A stretch of 64,000 nucleotides of DNA from Felis catus (Eukaryota). Shown here piece after piece: positions 13,101 to 24,470 of the stretch (positions are counted from its first letter, which is position 1; every line of letters begins with the position of its first letter). Below the pieces are notes generated by a model. That model saw only the letters and a program-made list of their open reading frames with translations. It was not told where the DNA came from and searched no databases. The position numbers were made by a program, and so were the translations under genes. The stretch spans positions 82,896,001 to 82,960,000 of the forward strand of contig NC_058368.1 in NCBI RefSeq assembly GCF_018350175.1, read 5' to 3'.

Positions 13101-14749
13101 AGATTGAAACTGAGGGGATGGAGAACTATCATGCTACTGGAAGTCAAAAGAAAACTGGAGTAGCCCTACTTATATCTGACGAACTAGACTTTAAAGTCTG
13201 TAGCACGAGATGAAGAAGGGCATTATATAATAATTACAGGGTCTATCCCTCAGGAAGAGCTAACAATTATAAATATCTAGGCGCCAAGTATGGGAGTCCC
13301 CCAATATATAAAACAATCACAAACGTAAGCAACCTTATTGATAAGAATGTGGTAATTTCAGGGGACCCTAATACTCCAATTACAAAAATGGACAGATCAT
13401 CTACACAGAATCAATAAAGAAACAAGGGCTCTGAATGATACATTGGATCAGATGGACTTGACAGATATATTTAGAACTCTGCATCCCAACACAACAGAAT
13501 ATACTTTCTTCTCGAGTGCACATGGAACATTCTCCAAGATAGATCACATACTGGGTCACAAAACAGCCCTTAATAAGTATAGGAGAATTGAGATCATACA
13601 ATGCACACTTTCAGACCATAATTCTAGGAAACTTGAAATCAACCACAGGAAAAAGTCTGGAAAACCTCCAAAAGCATGGAGGTTAAAGAACACCCTACTA
13701 AAGAATGAATGGGTCAACCAGGAAATTAGAGAAGAAATTAAAAATATATATGGAAACAAATGAAAATGAAATTACAACAAATCAAACGCTTTGTGATGCA
13801 GCAAAGGCCATCCTGAGAGGAAAATACATAGCAATCCAGGCCTATCTCAAGAAACAAGAAAAATCATAAATTCAAAATCTAACACTTAAAGGAACTAGAA
13901 GCAGAACAGCAGACACCCCAAACCCAGTAGAAGAAGAGAAATAACAAAGACCAGAGCAGAAATAAACCATACAGAATCTAAAAAAACTGGAGCAGATCAA
14001 TGAAACCGAGTTGTTTTTTTGAAAAAATAAACAAAATTGATAAACCTCTGGCCAGGCTTCTCAAAAAGAAAAAGGAGATGACCGAAATAGATAAAATCAT
14101 GAATAAAAATGGAATTATTACAACCAGTGCCTCAGAAATACAAGTAATCATCAGGGAATACTATGAAAAATTATACGCCAACAAACTGGAAACCTGGAAG
14201 AAATGGACAAATTCCCAAGCACCCATACACTTCCAAAACTCAAACAGGAAGAAATAGCAATCTTGAACAGACCCGTAACCAGCGAAGAAATGGAATCAAT
14301 TATCAAAAACCTCCAACAAATAAGAGTCCAGGACCAGATGGCTTCCCTAGGGAATTCTACCATTTAATGCAGAGATAATACCTACTCTTCTCAATCTGTT
14401 CCAAAACATAGAAAGGTAAGGAAAACTTGCAGACTCATTCAATGAAGCCAGCATGACTTTGATTCTCAAACCAGACCGAGACCCAGTAAAAAAAGATAAC
14501 TACAGGACAATATCCCTGATAAATGTGGATGCAAAAATTTTTAGTAAGATACTAGCAAATCGTATTCAACAGCATATAAAAAGAATTATTCACCATGATC
14601 AAGTGGGATTCATTCCTGGGCTGCAGGGCTGGTTCAACATTCAGAAATAAATCAATGTGATACATCATATTAATAAAAGAAAAGAACAATATGATCCTGT
14701 CTAGGCAGAAAAAGCATTTGACAAAATTCAACATCCTTTCTTAAAAACC
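10157..14749 (+). mobile_element. LINE-1 with 5'UTR type B, ORF1 (~11955-12885) and 5' half of ORF2; 3'-truncated, inactive
   Basis: Starts gggaggagggccaacatggcag; ORF1 motif HIIVKLAKYK; endonuclease motif HGTFSKIDHILGHK; ends in RT at catcctttcttaaaaacc. Confidence 0.92.
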
Positions 14750-16805
14750 GTGCAATGTTCTAGTTTAAACAGAGTGCATTCTTCTGAGGCTCTTGCTCTG
14801 AATGGCTCCCGGGTACAACCTAGTTTGGAAAATAGAGCTATAAAATGCAAATAGGCACCTGGAAGACAAAAAATGTTCATTACAGAAGACAATGGGTTAA
14901 AGTTAGAATTCAGTGCCTACTCCTGTGTCCTGGAAGGCTGGCTGTCTGGGCAGAAAAGAACGCCTGAGAGCTGGTGGAAAAGGAAACTTCCATTGGTTGT
15001 ACATGAGAGTGAAAATGTGCAGGAGTTCCATATTTTCATTAACAAACAGGAAAAGCTGTATTTGGCGAATTTTCCTGTCCCTGCCATAAGGAAATAAATG
15101 CACCATTGACATAGAGTCAAGGGTGTCCTGTTCCCAGCTGGTTATCAAGTGTTTGGAACCTGGACCTGATACAGTAGTTCTTCAAAGGGCCTTTTCTGTG
15201 TTCACCAGGTCTGAAGAATATTGTGCATATGGGAATCATGTTTGATAAAGAATGAAGGCATATCTTCCCTTTACTGCATTTAAGCAGAGCTGGCCAAGCG
15301 CAAAGCACTCAGTGAAAAGAAGACCATCCTTCCTTTGATTTGAAGTTAGTGTTTGCTCTCACATAGCAAGGGACCACAGGGGCAGTTTAGCACCAATCTT
15401 TGCGTTCTGCTTGTGTGAAGTGAATGACGGCCCAGTTGTCCCCGAATATGACCCAGGACTTAGAAAATTGCAAATTGGTGGGAATGGCTACAAGGGATGC
15501 CAAGTCTCTACATTACTGATGGTAATGAGTTATGCTAGCCACGTTTATCTTACCTTCATTTCTCCTTGCTCCATGTGTAAGACCAGTCCCTTTCCAAACT
15601 TTCATGAGTAACTACCCACATCTATCCATATCCATCTTGGAACCTTCATATGCCCTACACCTCCCATTGTGAACAGAGTTCTCATAGGAAATTCCAAGAG
15701 GTCCTGCTGCCAATCTATGCCTGAGTCACCAGCACTCAGCCAGAGGCCCCAGTTTAAATTGGAAGATATTGCTCTGAGACACTGAATCTGAATGGACTCC
15801 AGAGAGATGTTAGTTTAAAGAAAGGAGCAAAAGGATGGAAATAAAAGGCAAAGGGCCAAAGTGTTTCATTACAAGGGAGAGCAAGATGAAGCTGTGAAGG
15901 ACTTTCCTAGCACTGTCTTCTGAGAGGCTAGCTGTTGTCTCTAGTAAGAAACACCGGCGGGCAGGGGCAAAGAGAAGCATTAATTACTTACACCTGGGTG
16001 CCCATGTGGCAAAGGGCTTGCACTTTTCTTTAAGAAAGAGAAGGAAGGCTCCTGACCTTGGCTCGTTTGTATTCCTTACCCATCAGGACATAGAAAGGGA
16101 AGTGATTCAGTGATAGCAGATTAGGTGTCCTGTTGGTGCTTTAGGTATTGTCACCAAGTCATGGTGCAGTATTCCTTGTAAGGGATTTTTTGGGCTGAAT
16201 TGTCCTGAAGTTTCCTGTGCATGCCTGATCCACCTGCCTCATAGGATAAACACATTTCAGTCAGCCAGGGAGGGAGAGAAGTTGTCCACCCACCATGGGG
16301 ATTACCATTGCCAAACAACAGGTGCTCATCGAGAGGAGGGTCATTCTTCTTTGAGATGAAGGAAATGATTGCTCTCACATAGCACAGGACCAGAGTGGTA
16401 GTTTTCCACAAATCCAGACCGGTTCCGCCTGGTTGTAACCCATGACCTAATTATGAAAACAGAAAATGGGTGGGAAGGGTTATAAGGAAGGGCAAGCTTC
16501 TACATTACAGAGGAGATTAGGATAAAGTTGGGAATGAGATGTCTAATATAGTTTCTCCTTCATCCAGAAGTAAGGCCATCTCCCTCCTAAGCTCTGGCAT
16601 TGCCTGCACATGGACACTCTGCCTGGCATTTTCGAAGACCCTATGCCTCCCATTGTCAGCATACTTCTCAAAGGTAAATAATGATGGGTCCTGTGTCCCA
16701 AATATGCTAGAGACATTAGGACTTGGCCAGATTTCCCAACTTAAAGGAATGTATATTTCTCTGAGATACTCTGAATGACACCTAGGAAGAAACTAGTTTA
16801 CAAAT
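14750..16805. repeat. Diverged ~1-kb tandem repeat (two units plus the start of a third)
   Basis: Colinear anchors: ctgaatg at 14798/15788/16771; gtgtcctgtt at 15123/16125; exact 16-mer ttgctctcacatagca at 15353/16369; ctcccattgt at ~15661/~16647. Confidence 0.8.
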
Positions 16806-16859
16806 GTTAACATTAGGGAACAGGAGATGGTAGTGACCTTTTTGCCAGTAGTGCAGAGC

Positions 16860-17750
16860 ACTCCTCTAGGGTTGAGTTGAGGGCGAGTGTTAGGTGAGGG
16901 TGAGGCTTATGGATTGTGTTCCTAGGCCTCTAAGGTGATGGTGAGGGTTAAGGCAGGGTATTTGCCCACAATCCTTCGCTCCAGCTCCATCCCAGTTGTT
17001 GCAAACAGCACAACTTCCTTTTCTATTCCTGAGTAAACTTGTATCAGTCTGGTGTCCCAAATTCCTTGTTTGGTATGACCTGAGATCCGGGTCTGAGTAG
17101 GGATAGTCATGACTGAGGTTAGGGTTAGGGCCTGGCAGTTTGTAGGGGTCAATTTTTCAGCAATGCAGAACCCTTCCTCTGGGGCTCTCAAGGCTGCATG
17201 CCAGTCCTTGCATCCTGGTCCTCACAAGTGACATTGCAGCCATTTTTGTTCCTAGCCAAGTCATCTTGCATCATTCATGTGTCACAGTTCAGTTGTATCC
17301 TTGGAACTAACACTCAGGCTCAAGTAGGGCCAGCCCAATGGCTAGGATTAGGGTTAGGCTGTGAAAAATTGCAAAGGTCTGTCTGCTGGCAGTGCAAAGA
17401 CCTACACGGAGGGCTCAATTGAGCCTAAGTGTCCATCAGTGTTTGGTTTGGGGTAAAGGGCTAGGCTGATTATGTGGCCTAGGATAGGGTTTTCACACAG
17501 AATCATACACTCTGGCTCCATCGTGGTCTTTGCAAATGGCACCATTTCCTCTTATGGACTTGGGTGAGCAACTTGGGTCAGTCATGTGTTCCAAATCCAT
17601 GTTTTCCTCGGACCTAGCTTTCAGGCCCATTCAGGGCCGTGGCTAGGGTTATGGTTAGGGCAAGGAAACTGGTAAAGGCTTATCTTCTGGAAGTGCGAAG
17701 ATGTGCACAGAGGGCTCAGTTGATGTTGTCAGTGTGAGGGTCAGCCTAAC
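16860..17750. repeat. ~530-bp repeat with degenerate TTAGGG motifs and an L1-derived segment
   Basis: ctccatc...ttgcaaa at 16985/17516; ttagggttagg-like motifs at ~17118, ~17346 and ~17648. Confidence 0.72.
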
Positions 17751-19397
17751 CTTGGAGAAACCCACTGATAACACAACACACTACAAGAGAACATGGAAGC
17801 CTTTTCTTTTGTGCTTATTGTATACCTTATGGGGAGTTAGCTCATAATAATTCCAGATGACCACAGAGTTAAACTGCACTACCCTAGTCCTTTCCTCTGG
17901 GGGTTGGCTAAGGATGGCCCTGTGTCCAGCAGAAACCTATCAATTTCAGGAATTCCTTGACCATGTTTGGGCCTTTGAGCACACAGCTAAGAAAATGGAT
18001 GCTGCAGCCCCATGGCAGAACTCTATCTTCTTTCTTCTTTTTCTCTTGTCACTTACCCAGTTCTGATTTTTCTTGAACGCACCATCAGTATGTGTGTGCC
18101 AGTGCACACGTGGGGACTGGATGGTAAAATGACCACACATGTAGAGCAAGTGGGCACGATTCCTCCCAGAACATTAGATTCTCTCATTTCTAAAGCAAAC
18201 CTGATGGGAGGGATTTGAGCCATGGCCTAAAAAGGCAGAGCCTAGCCTTATCCTCTGGACTCTTCCCACCTCCTGTGACCTGGGCCAGTCCTAGTCTCTT
18301 GATCAGATCAGTCACTCTACAATGAGAACTTGCATGGAGAACTACAAAAGAAAGTTCTCCAGAAGATGGGATGTCAGCTTCCCTTAACACTGCATAGGGT
18401 GTCAGGTGGGGAGTGTTCAGCCACACCTGTACACTAAATGTCCCTGTGTGCCTAAAAACCTGCATAAAACAGGCAAACGTTTGGAGCCAAAATTTGGAGG
18501 AAAAATCAGGTCTATGTCCAGCACTAACACAACAGTGCATGAGTGTGCTCCCTGTTTTAAGAGGCATGGTAATGCAGCAAAGGCTCCCTCAAGAAGTAGG
18601 TATATTGAGCAAGCACCCACCACACTACCACGTACAGTTCCCAGAAGAGAAGGCCTAGATATCAACCAAGCAAAAGCACTATATCTCAGAATCATAGAGC
18701 CTACTTCCACACATGCCTCTGCTGCTAAGCATACAGAGATATGTCCAGAAAGACACAGATCCTTTCCAAAGTGACACAGTGCTCCAGTGGCAAAATTCTT
18801 GCTTTGCTTAAGAGTGAGGTTTGGGCACCTGCAGTAGATGTCAAAGTAACAGTGACAAAAACAGACTACAGATATATTTCTTCTTCATATAAATGATCCC
18901 CAGATGTGGCTAGTCTATAACTGATTATGGTTTACCCACCAGTGGAGATCACATATCATTGATCTCCCTGCTCTAACATGTCAGGATATAATTTCCTTTT
19001 TTTAAATTTAAAAAGGCAAAGTCTATACTTAATGCATTATGGTGGGGCTAGAACATCCAATCATTTACATAACAATAAATAGGTCCTGAAGAAAAATCAT
19101 TCATTATGAAATAAATTCAGATAAACTAGAACTGGTATGTTGAGCTACGCTTTTTTAATTTGCTCAAGGATTTGAAGTGTTTTATTATTTTTTTCCCTGA
19201 AAACACTTTATCCCAAGGCATCCTATGTTCATGTACGTCGGATTTTCATGTTTATTAAGCACAATACCAAAACAAAATTGTGTGCAGGAGCTAAATTCTC
19301 CAAGATAAAATTCTGAGTCGGGATAGCAGGGTCAAAATGGGAGTGTACAAATAGCAAGATAAAATAATCTGCTCAATTTTTTCCAGTTTTATGCCAA

Positions 19398-19905
19398 ATT
19401 TTTATTTAATTCTCATTCATTAACATAGTTAACATGCAATATTGGTTTCGGGATTAGAATTGATTCATCTCGAACAGGCAATACCCAGTGCTCATAACAA
19501 GTGCCCACCTCAATAACCATCACCCATCTATCCCATACCCCACCCACCCAGAAAAAGAAATCACTGAATCAATCTCACTGACAATTTCACAAAAATACTT
19601 TGTAAGATACTTAGAAATCAACCTGACCAAAGAGGTATAAGATATGCACTCTGAAAACTTATGAAGGAAATAGAAGATGATACAAAGAAATGAGACAAAA
19701 TTCCATGCTCATGGTTTGGAAGGGGAAACATTGTTAAAATGTCTCTGACACCCAAAGCAATCTACAGAGTTAATGCAATCCTTATCAAATACCACCAGCA
19801 TCTTTTACACAGGTACAACAAACAATCCCAAAAACTTGCATGGAATCACCGAAGAGCCTGAATAGCCAAATTAATCCTGAAAAAGAAAAGTAAAGCTGGA
19901 GGCTT
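19398..19905. mobile_element. LINE-1 fragments: antisense 3' end (19398-19549) joined to sense ORF2 piece (19550-19905)
   Basis: cccagtgctcataacaagtgccc is antisense 3'UTR; it is followed by sense ORF2 (aaatcaacctgaccaaagagg...ccatgctcatgg). Confidence 0.8.
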
Positions 19906-20479
19906 CATTGTGGAACATATTCCAAAGAGCACCCACAAAAAAAAGAAAAACAAAAAAAAAACACACAAAAGCCTAATGATTTACAGGGATAAACTCAGGT
20001 ATTCCAAGTACGCTTGTTTTTATCTTCTCTTTATACTTACAGTTCATCAGTAATATCATAAAATCAACTCTTTGCCAAATATTTAGAATACATTAAGAAA
20101 AAATGGGAGAAAATGTGATATCATAAAAATTCAATGGCTCTTTACGACATTTTCTAATCAAAAGTGTTTCAAAATATTCAAACTCTCTATTCCCATGTGA
20201 TAGTAGAATTTGACAGAATTCAACAACCACAAATGACAGACTGCCTTTCACGTGAGTTTAGGTATTTCTATACTTGTGTCAGATATCAGTTACCTGTTTG
20301 GAGATCACATAGAATGACTCAAAGCTCAACCTCCAGAAGGCTTCTCACTTTAGTCCAATTTTATATTATTGTCTAAATAGCTGAAGACATAAAAACTGTG
20401 TCACTGTGTTTAATGCAATCCAAAGAAAGATATGCTGCAAAACAATCAGGTTAGATGTGAAACAGAGTACAGAATATAA

Positions 20480-23045
20480 AACTCAAATGCACTTCGATGC
20501 AGGTGGTGCAGGAAAGAGCCCACCTCGCTTCAGGGGCAAAGAAAGACAGAGATTAGGGGTTAGAGTCAGCAGCGACTGGTCTTCCCTCAGTGACAAGAAA
20601 CTTGTCAAGTTCCCACTCTAGTGGTGTCCTGCCACATAAATATTAGTTGATGTTGGGGAAGAAAGGCTGTTCTGTGGCTGAGAACTCATTGCTTAGCAGA
20701 ATTGTGTTGGCCCAGATGGTTACTCCCTGCTCTCACCACCTCTTGGAATGCCTGAACATACTTCATTCTGAGACTCTAATGGCTTGCCCATGCAAAGTCT
20801 ATACTTGGAGAGGTAAGGATAGAAAAAGTAATCATAGTAACTAAAACACCAGAACTCATTTCCACAGACGTGGATATGAGTCAGGAGCCAGACAAGAGCC
20901 TCCAAACCACCACTGTTATATCACTGAAGGAAGGGAGTGGAAGAGTGACAGCCCTTTTGCACACTGGGCCCCTAAGTTTAGCTCAAGGTTGTTCCCCTTA
21001 GACGTAGCCCACTTATGTTGTCAATGACACCAACCTTGCCTCGGGAAAAGTGCTAGTGCCCTCATGTGAAGCTTTCTACCATTTTCCTCCGTGATTAAGA
21101 TTTTGGTCCTCGGTGCCTCCCTTCAGATTCCCTTGCTTTTACATTAATGAAGATTGCATTAGGGGACATTGACAGACATAATCGGGGAATATTTTCTGAT
21201 TTTAATCATAGAGTTGTGATTAGTTCCCAGTAACCTGGAATAGGCTGGGCAACGGGAGTCCATGGAACACTTCTGCAAGACAAGCCTTAACCAAAAGTGG
21301 CATAGGGGCCTTGAATGTGGTCAGCAGAAGTTTGCATGTGCACGATTGCAGATGATGTTGGGAAGGATCATAAATGCTTTCTGGAGCAAGGGCCTAGGGT
21401 CAAATTCAGCAGCTACAGGGCTGTCCTCAGACAGTGCCCAGCAATTCCTGGGGAGCCTGAACTCACACCACGTGTTAATTTCTGCTATCAGCAGTTAATT
21501 TCTGCTATGAAAAAGTAAAGATTGACCTCTTGCCAGGAAAACTCTGTTTTTGGCAGGGTTCTGTTGGCATAGGACCATTTTCTTGCTCTCTGTCCACTTC
21601 TTTCAGGAAAGCCGGAACTACTGACCTCCTGAGACCCTCGGGGTTCATGCATGTCAAGTCCATTCACTGAGCAGCTTAGGGCACAAAAATACTCAAGGAC
21701 CAAAATACCAAACCCGAATCTGCAGACTTGCCAGGAGCAAGAGCCTACCTTGTGACTCACAATGGTATCTGTCCACAGAAAGGCAGTGCTTGAAAGCTGG
21801 AGATGGCTTGACACATTCCAGACCTTCTTGAAGTTGGTTGGGGTGCATGATTTTTGCTTCCATAACTCTCTGGTATAGCTAGCAGATGTTCCACTTCTCT
21901 TCAGGCCACAGGTCTTTCTTACTCCTTCGATACCAAACTTGCCCAGGGAATTGTGCCTGTAACATTATCTACAGCTTCATTCTGCTCTCACATGAGGTGG
22001 TGATCTCTAGCTCTCAGTGTATCCTTTTCAATTCTCTTACACTTATCCTAGCCGTGTGTTCACTGGGAGATTTTTAGTGTCAGAGTCTGGCAGCAGTTTT
22101 CTCCAATTTTAATTGTGGAGTCATGCCAAGTTCCCATAAGTTTGGAATCGCTTTAGGAACAGGTGCCCCTTGGATGTCTGCCAGATCTACCTAGGTAACA
22201 GGAGGTATTGGGCACTTGATTGTGTTAAGCACAGAAGGATTGCTTATGGGTAAGGGCAGGTGATATTTTGTTGGGAGACAGTTGGCCTCACTTCTGTGCG
22301 AAAATCTGATGGAGATGTGCCCTTCAGGGCCAAAGTCAGAGGAAAAAATCACACAGATTGAGCTGATTAACTCCCAGCGAGCATATATGAATATTGTCTT
22401 TCTACCCCCATAACAACTAATTTCTGATATCAAGAGGAAAACACTTTCCTCCTAAAAACTTGGGGAGTTTTTTTTGTTCAGTGTCGGTTTGTTCAGTGTT
22501 TATTGCTGTGCTCTGTGCCCCTGCCATAGACTACCTGAACATCGTGCTTTCTGAGCCTCTAAGTGTTCCCATGTGCCCACTCCATTTTACAGCAGGTAAA
22601 CATGAAAGAAATGACTCAAAACCCTAAAACTCAGAACCCAGTCCCACAGCCTTGGGCATCAGCCCATACTGAGACTCTGCCCCCAAAATCATACTGCTTT
22701 TACCCGCTGGCAGGAAAAGCTTCAAAGCTGGCAAGTGTCCTAGCTTTCCTACACTGTTTGAATTCAGATGTAGGGAATTTATGCTACTTTAGGACTCCCA
22801 GGGGGAAGTAAAATATGTTCCACTTCTCTACAGTGTCCAGGTTTTCCCTAGTCCCAGGATTTCAACCTTCTCTGGGAGTTGTGCCAGTCACTTCATTCAG
22901 AGTTTTATTCCCTTGTCATCTAAAACAATGAATTTGGACGAAATTTATCCCTTCTAAGTCCCTTGATCTTTTTCTAAGCAGGTTTTCCTGTGAGGGACTG
23001 AGTCCTAGCCTGGAAGTCTCTAGGATTTTCATTGTGGAGTCCTGA
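20480..23045. repeat. Diverged ~0.9-kb tandem repeat (~2.8 units)
   Basis: atgttccacttctct at ~21886/~22816; accaa(c/a)cttgcc at ~21029/~21932; attgtggagtc at ~22112/~23031; cctgaacat...tctgag.ctctaa at ~20751/~22534; taatttctg.tat at ~21477/~22418. Confidence 0.78.
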
Positions 23046-23349
23046 TGTTACTGAATCAGGCTGGAATGCAGGCGGAAAAACCAAGTGGCACTCAGAGATC
23101 TTGGTGGATCAGAGATTTATTTAACATTGGCGGGCTCAGAGGAGACCATTTCTCCAAAGTTCTGAGTGCCGAATGCAAGCGGGAAGTGTAATTTATAGTT
23201 GTCAGACTCCATATTTGTCGGGGAGGGTGGTTTCACTCGTGGGGCAAACAGGGCAAGAAGAACCTGCAAGAGGGGTTTCTAAGCCAGAGACCAGAGCTTG
23301 TTGTAGTCCCATCAGCCGTCTTGTGTAAACTTTATTCATTTTCCCAACA
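23046..23349 (-). mobile_element. 3' LTR of a class I (ERV1-type) endogenous retrovirus, ~304 bp
   Basis: Minus strand runs TGttggg...gtaaCA, preceded by polypurine tract aaagggggggaa (23350-23361); TATA-like at ~23192 and AATAAA at ~23118. Confidence 0.85.
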
Positions 23350-24470
23350 TTCCCCCCCTTTGATGCCTTTTAAAAAATCTTTTATTAGGCATCACTTTTT
23401 AGTTTTAATGATTAGTACCCTCGGAGTGTTAAAATATGTGCTGCAGTTTGGCGAGCAACAGTGTTTCCAATAAATCTTACCAGGGTATTTAGTATACAGG
23501 GGCCAATGGTCACACATAAAATTATGGAAAAAAGGGGCCCTGCCAGGGCAGGGAACCAGGATGCCCAGGCTGTGAGATCCCATTCTCTCGATTGATTATT
23601 TTCTTGTTGTCTACATTGAATTCTTTCCTTGAGTCCCTTAACCTTAGGGATCCAGCACGCATTTTTGTCTAATGTCCAGCTTGTTGGTGCAGTCTCTATC
23701 AACCCAACAGTAAGAAGATCAGGTCTATGATACCAGTGAGGGGAAAGGGCTGGCAGAGTTGCATCCAAACCCCTGGGCTTGGTCCACATGTTGATTCCTC
23801 AAGCTTCTTCCATGTGCAGGCGAGCCAGCTTCTGGGTGTGGCTGGAGCAGGGCTGGAGATCTCAGCGGTCAGTGTCTTTTTGAGGGTCAGTTTAAGTAGG
23901 TTGACTGGATCTGGATCGCTTCGCCATGTTGAGGGTTCCTTGGAGTTGGCCTTTTTAGCTCTGGAGTGATTGACTCATGGCGTGATACTTGAAACTGAAT
24001 CCTCTGGTTGTATGTCTATAAATTCCATCTCTAAGTCTTCGAAAGGAGCGGGCTTCTGGTAACTGTCAGATCAGGCTTAGGGAAGATATGGTTTGCATTT
24101 CCATTCCTTATATCTTTCTTATATACCTCCTATTTTCCTACATACAGGGTAGTATTTTTTTATAGTCATCAGTCTTAAGTACACTGAGCAGAAATTTAAC
24201 TCTTAGGAAACCTTAGTCTCCAATTGAGGACTTAGTAAGCAATTGAGAGGTATTTACACCAGAACCATTTAGATGGTAAATTCATTAGCAAATTAAGTAC
24301 AAAGCATGTTTTTCAATAGGTCCTAATAGCCTTGATTTCACAGCAATAAGAAGTTAAAAACACAAATGTTCAGTAATCAAAGCTTTATCATCCCATCCTG
24401 TTTGGAAAGTATCAGGTTACCAAGGACCTTGAAAGTTATCTAAAACATTACCCATTGAAACTTTGAGACA
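23350..24470 (-). mobile_element. Internal region of a deleted, non-autonomous ERV1-type element
   Basis: Integrase C-terminal remnant (ITP*VNHSRAKKA...WRSDPDPVNLLKLTLKK, ~23865-23995), env remnant and AT-rich non-coding DNA; cut by the L1 at 24471. Confidence 0.75.
23412..23789 (-). pseudogene. env: Gamma-type env remnant (TM anchor only)
   Basis: WFPALAGPLFSIILCVTIGPCILNTLVRFI matches the gamma-type Env membrane anchor motif (GPL...GPCILN); SU, fusion peptide and CX6CC are absent. Confidence 0.85.

Noticed and set aside
17100..17670. True interstitial telomere array
   Set aside because: At most two consecutive TTAGGG units; treated as part of the ~530-bp repeat.
14750..23045. snoRNA or miRNA cluster as the explanation for the kb-scale repeats
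   Set aside because: I could not see conserved C/D boxes or a conserved hairpin across units; unsupported without an Rfam search.
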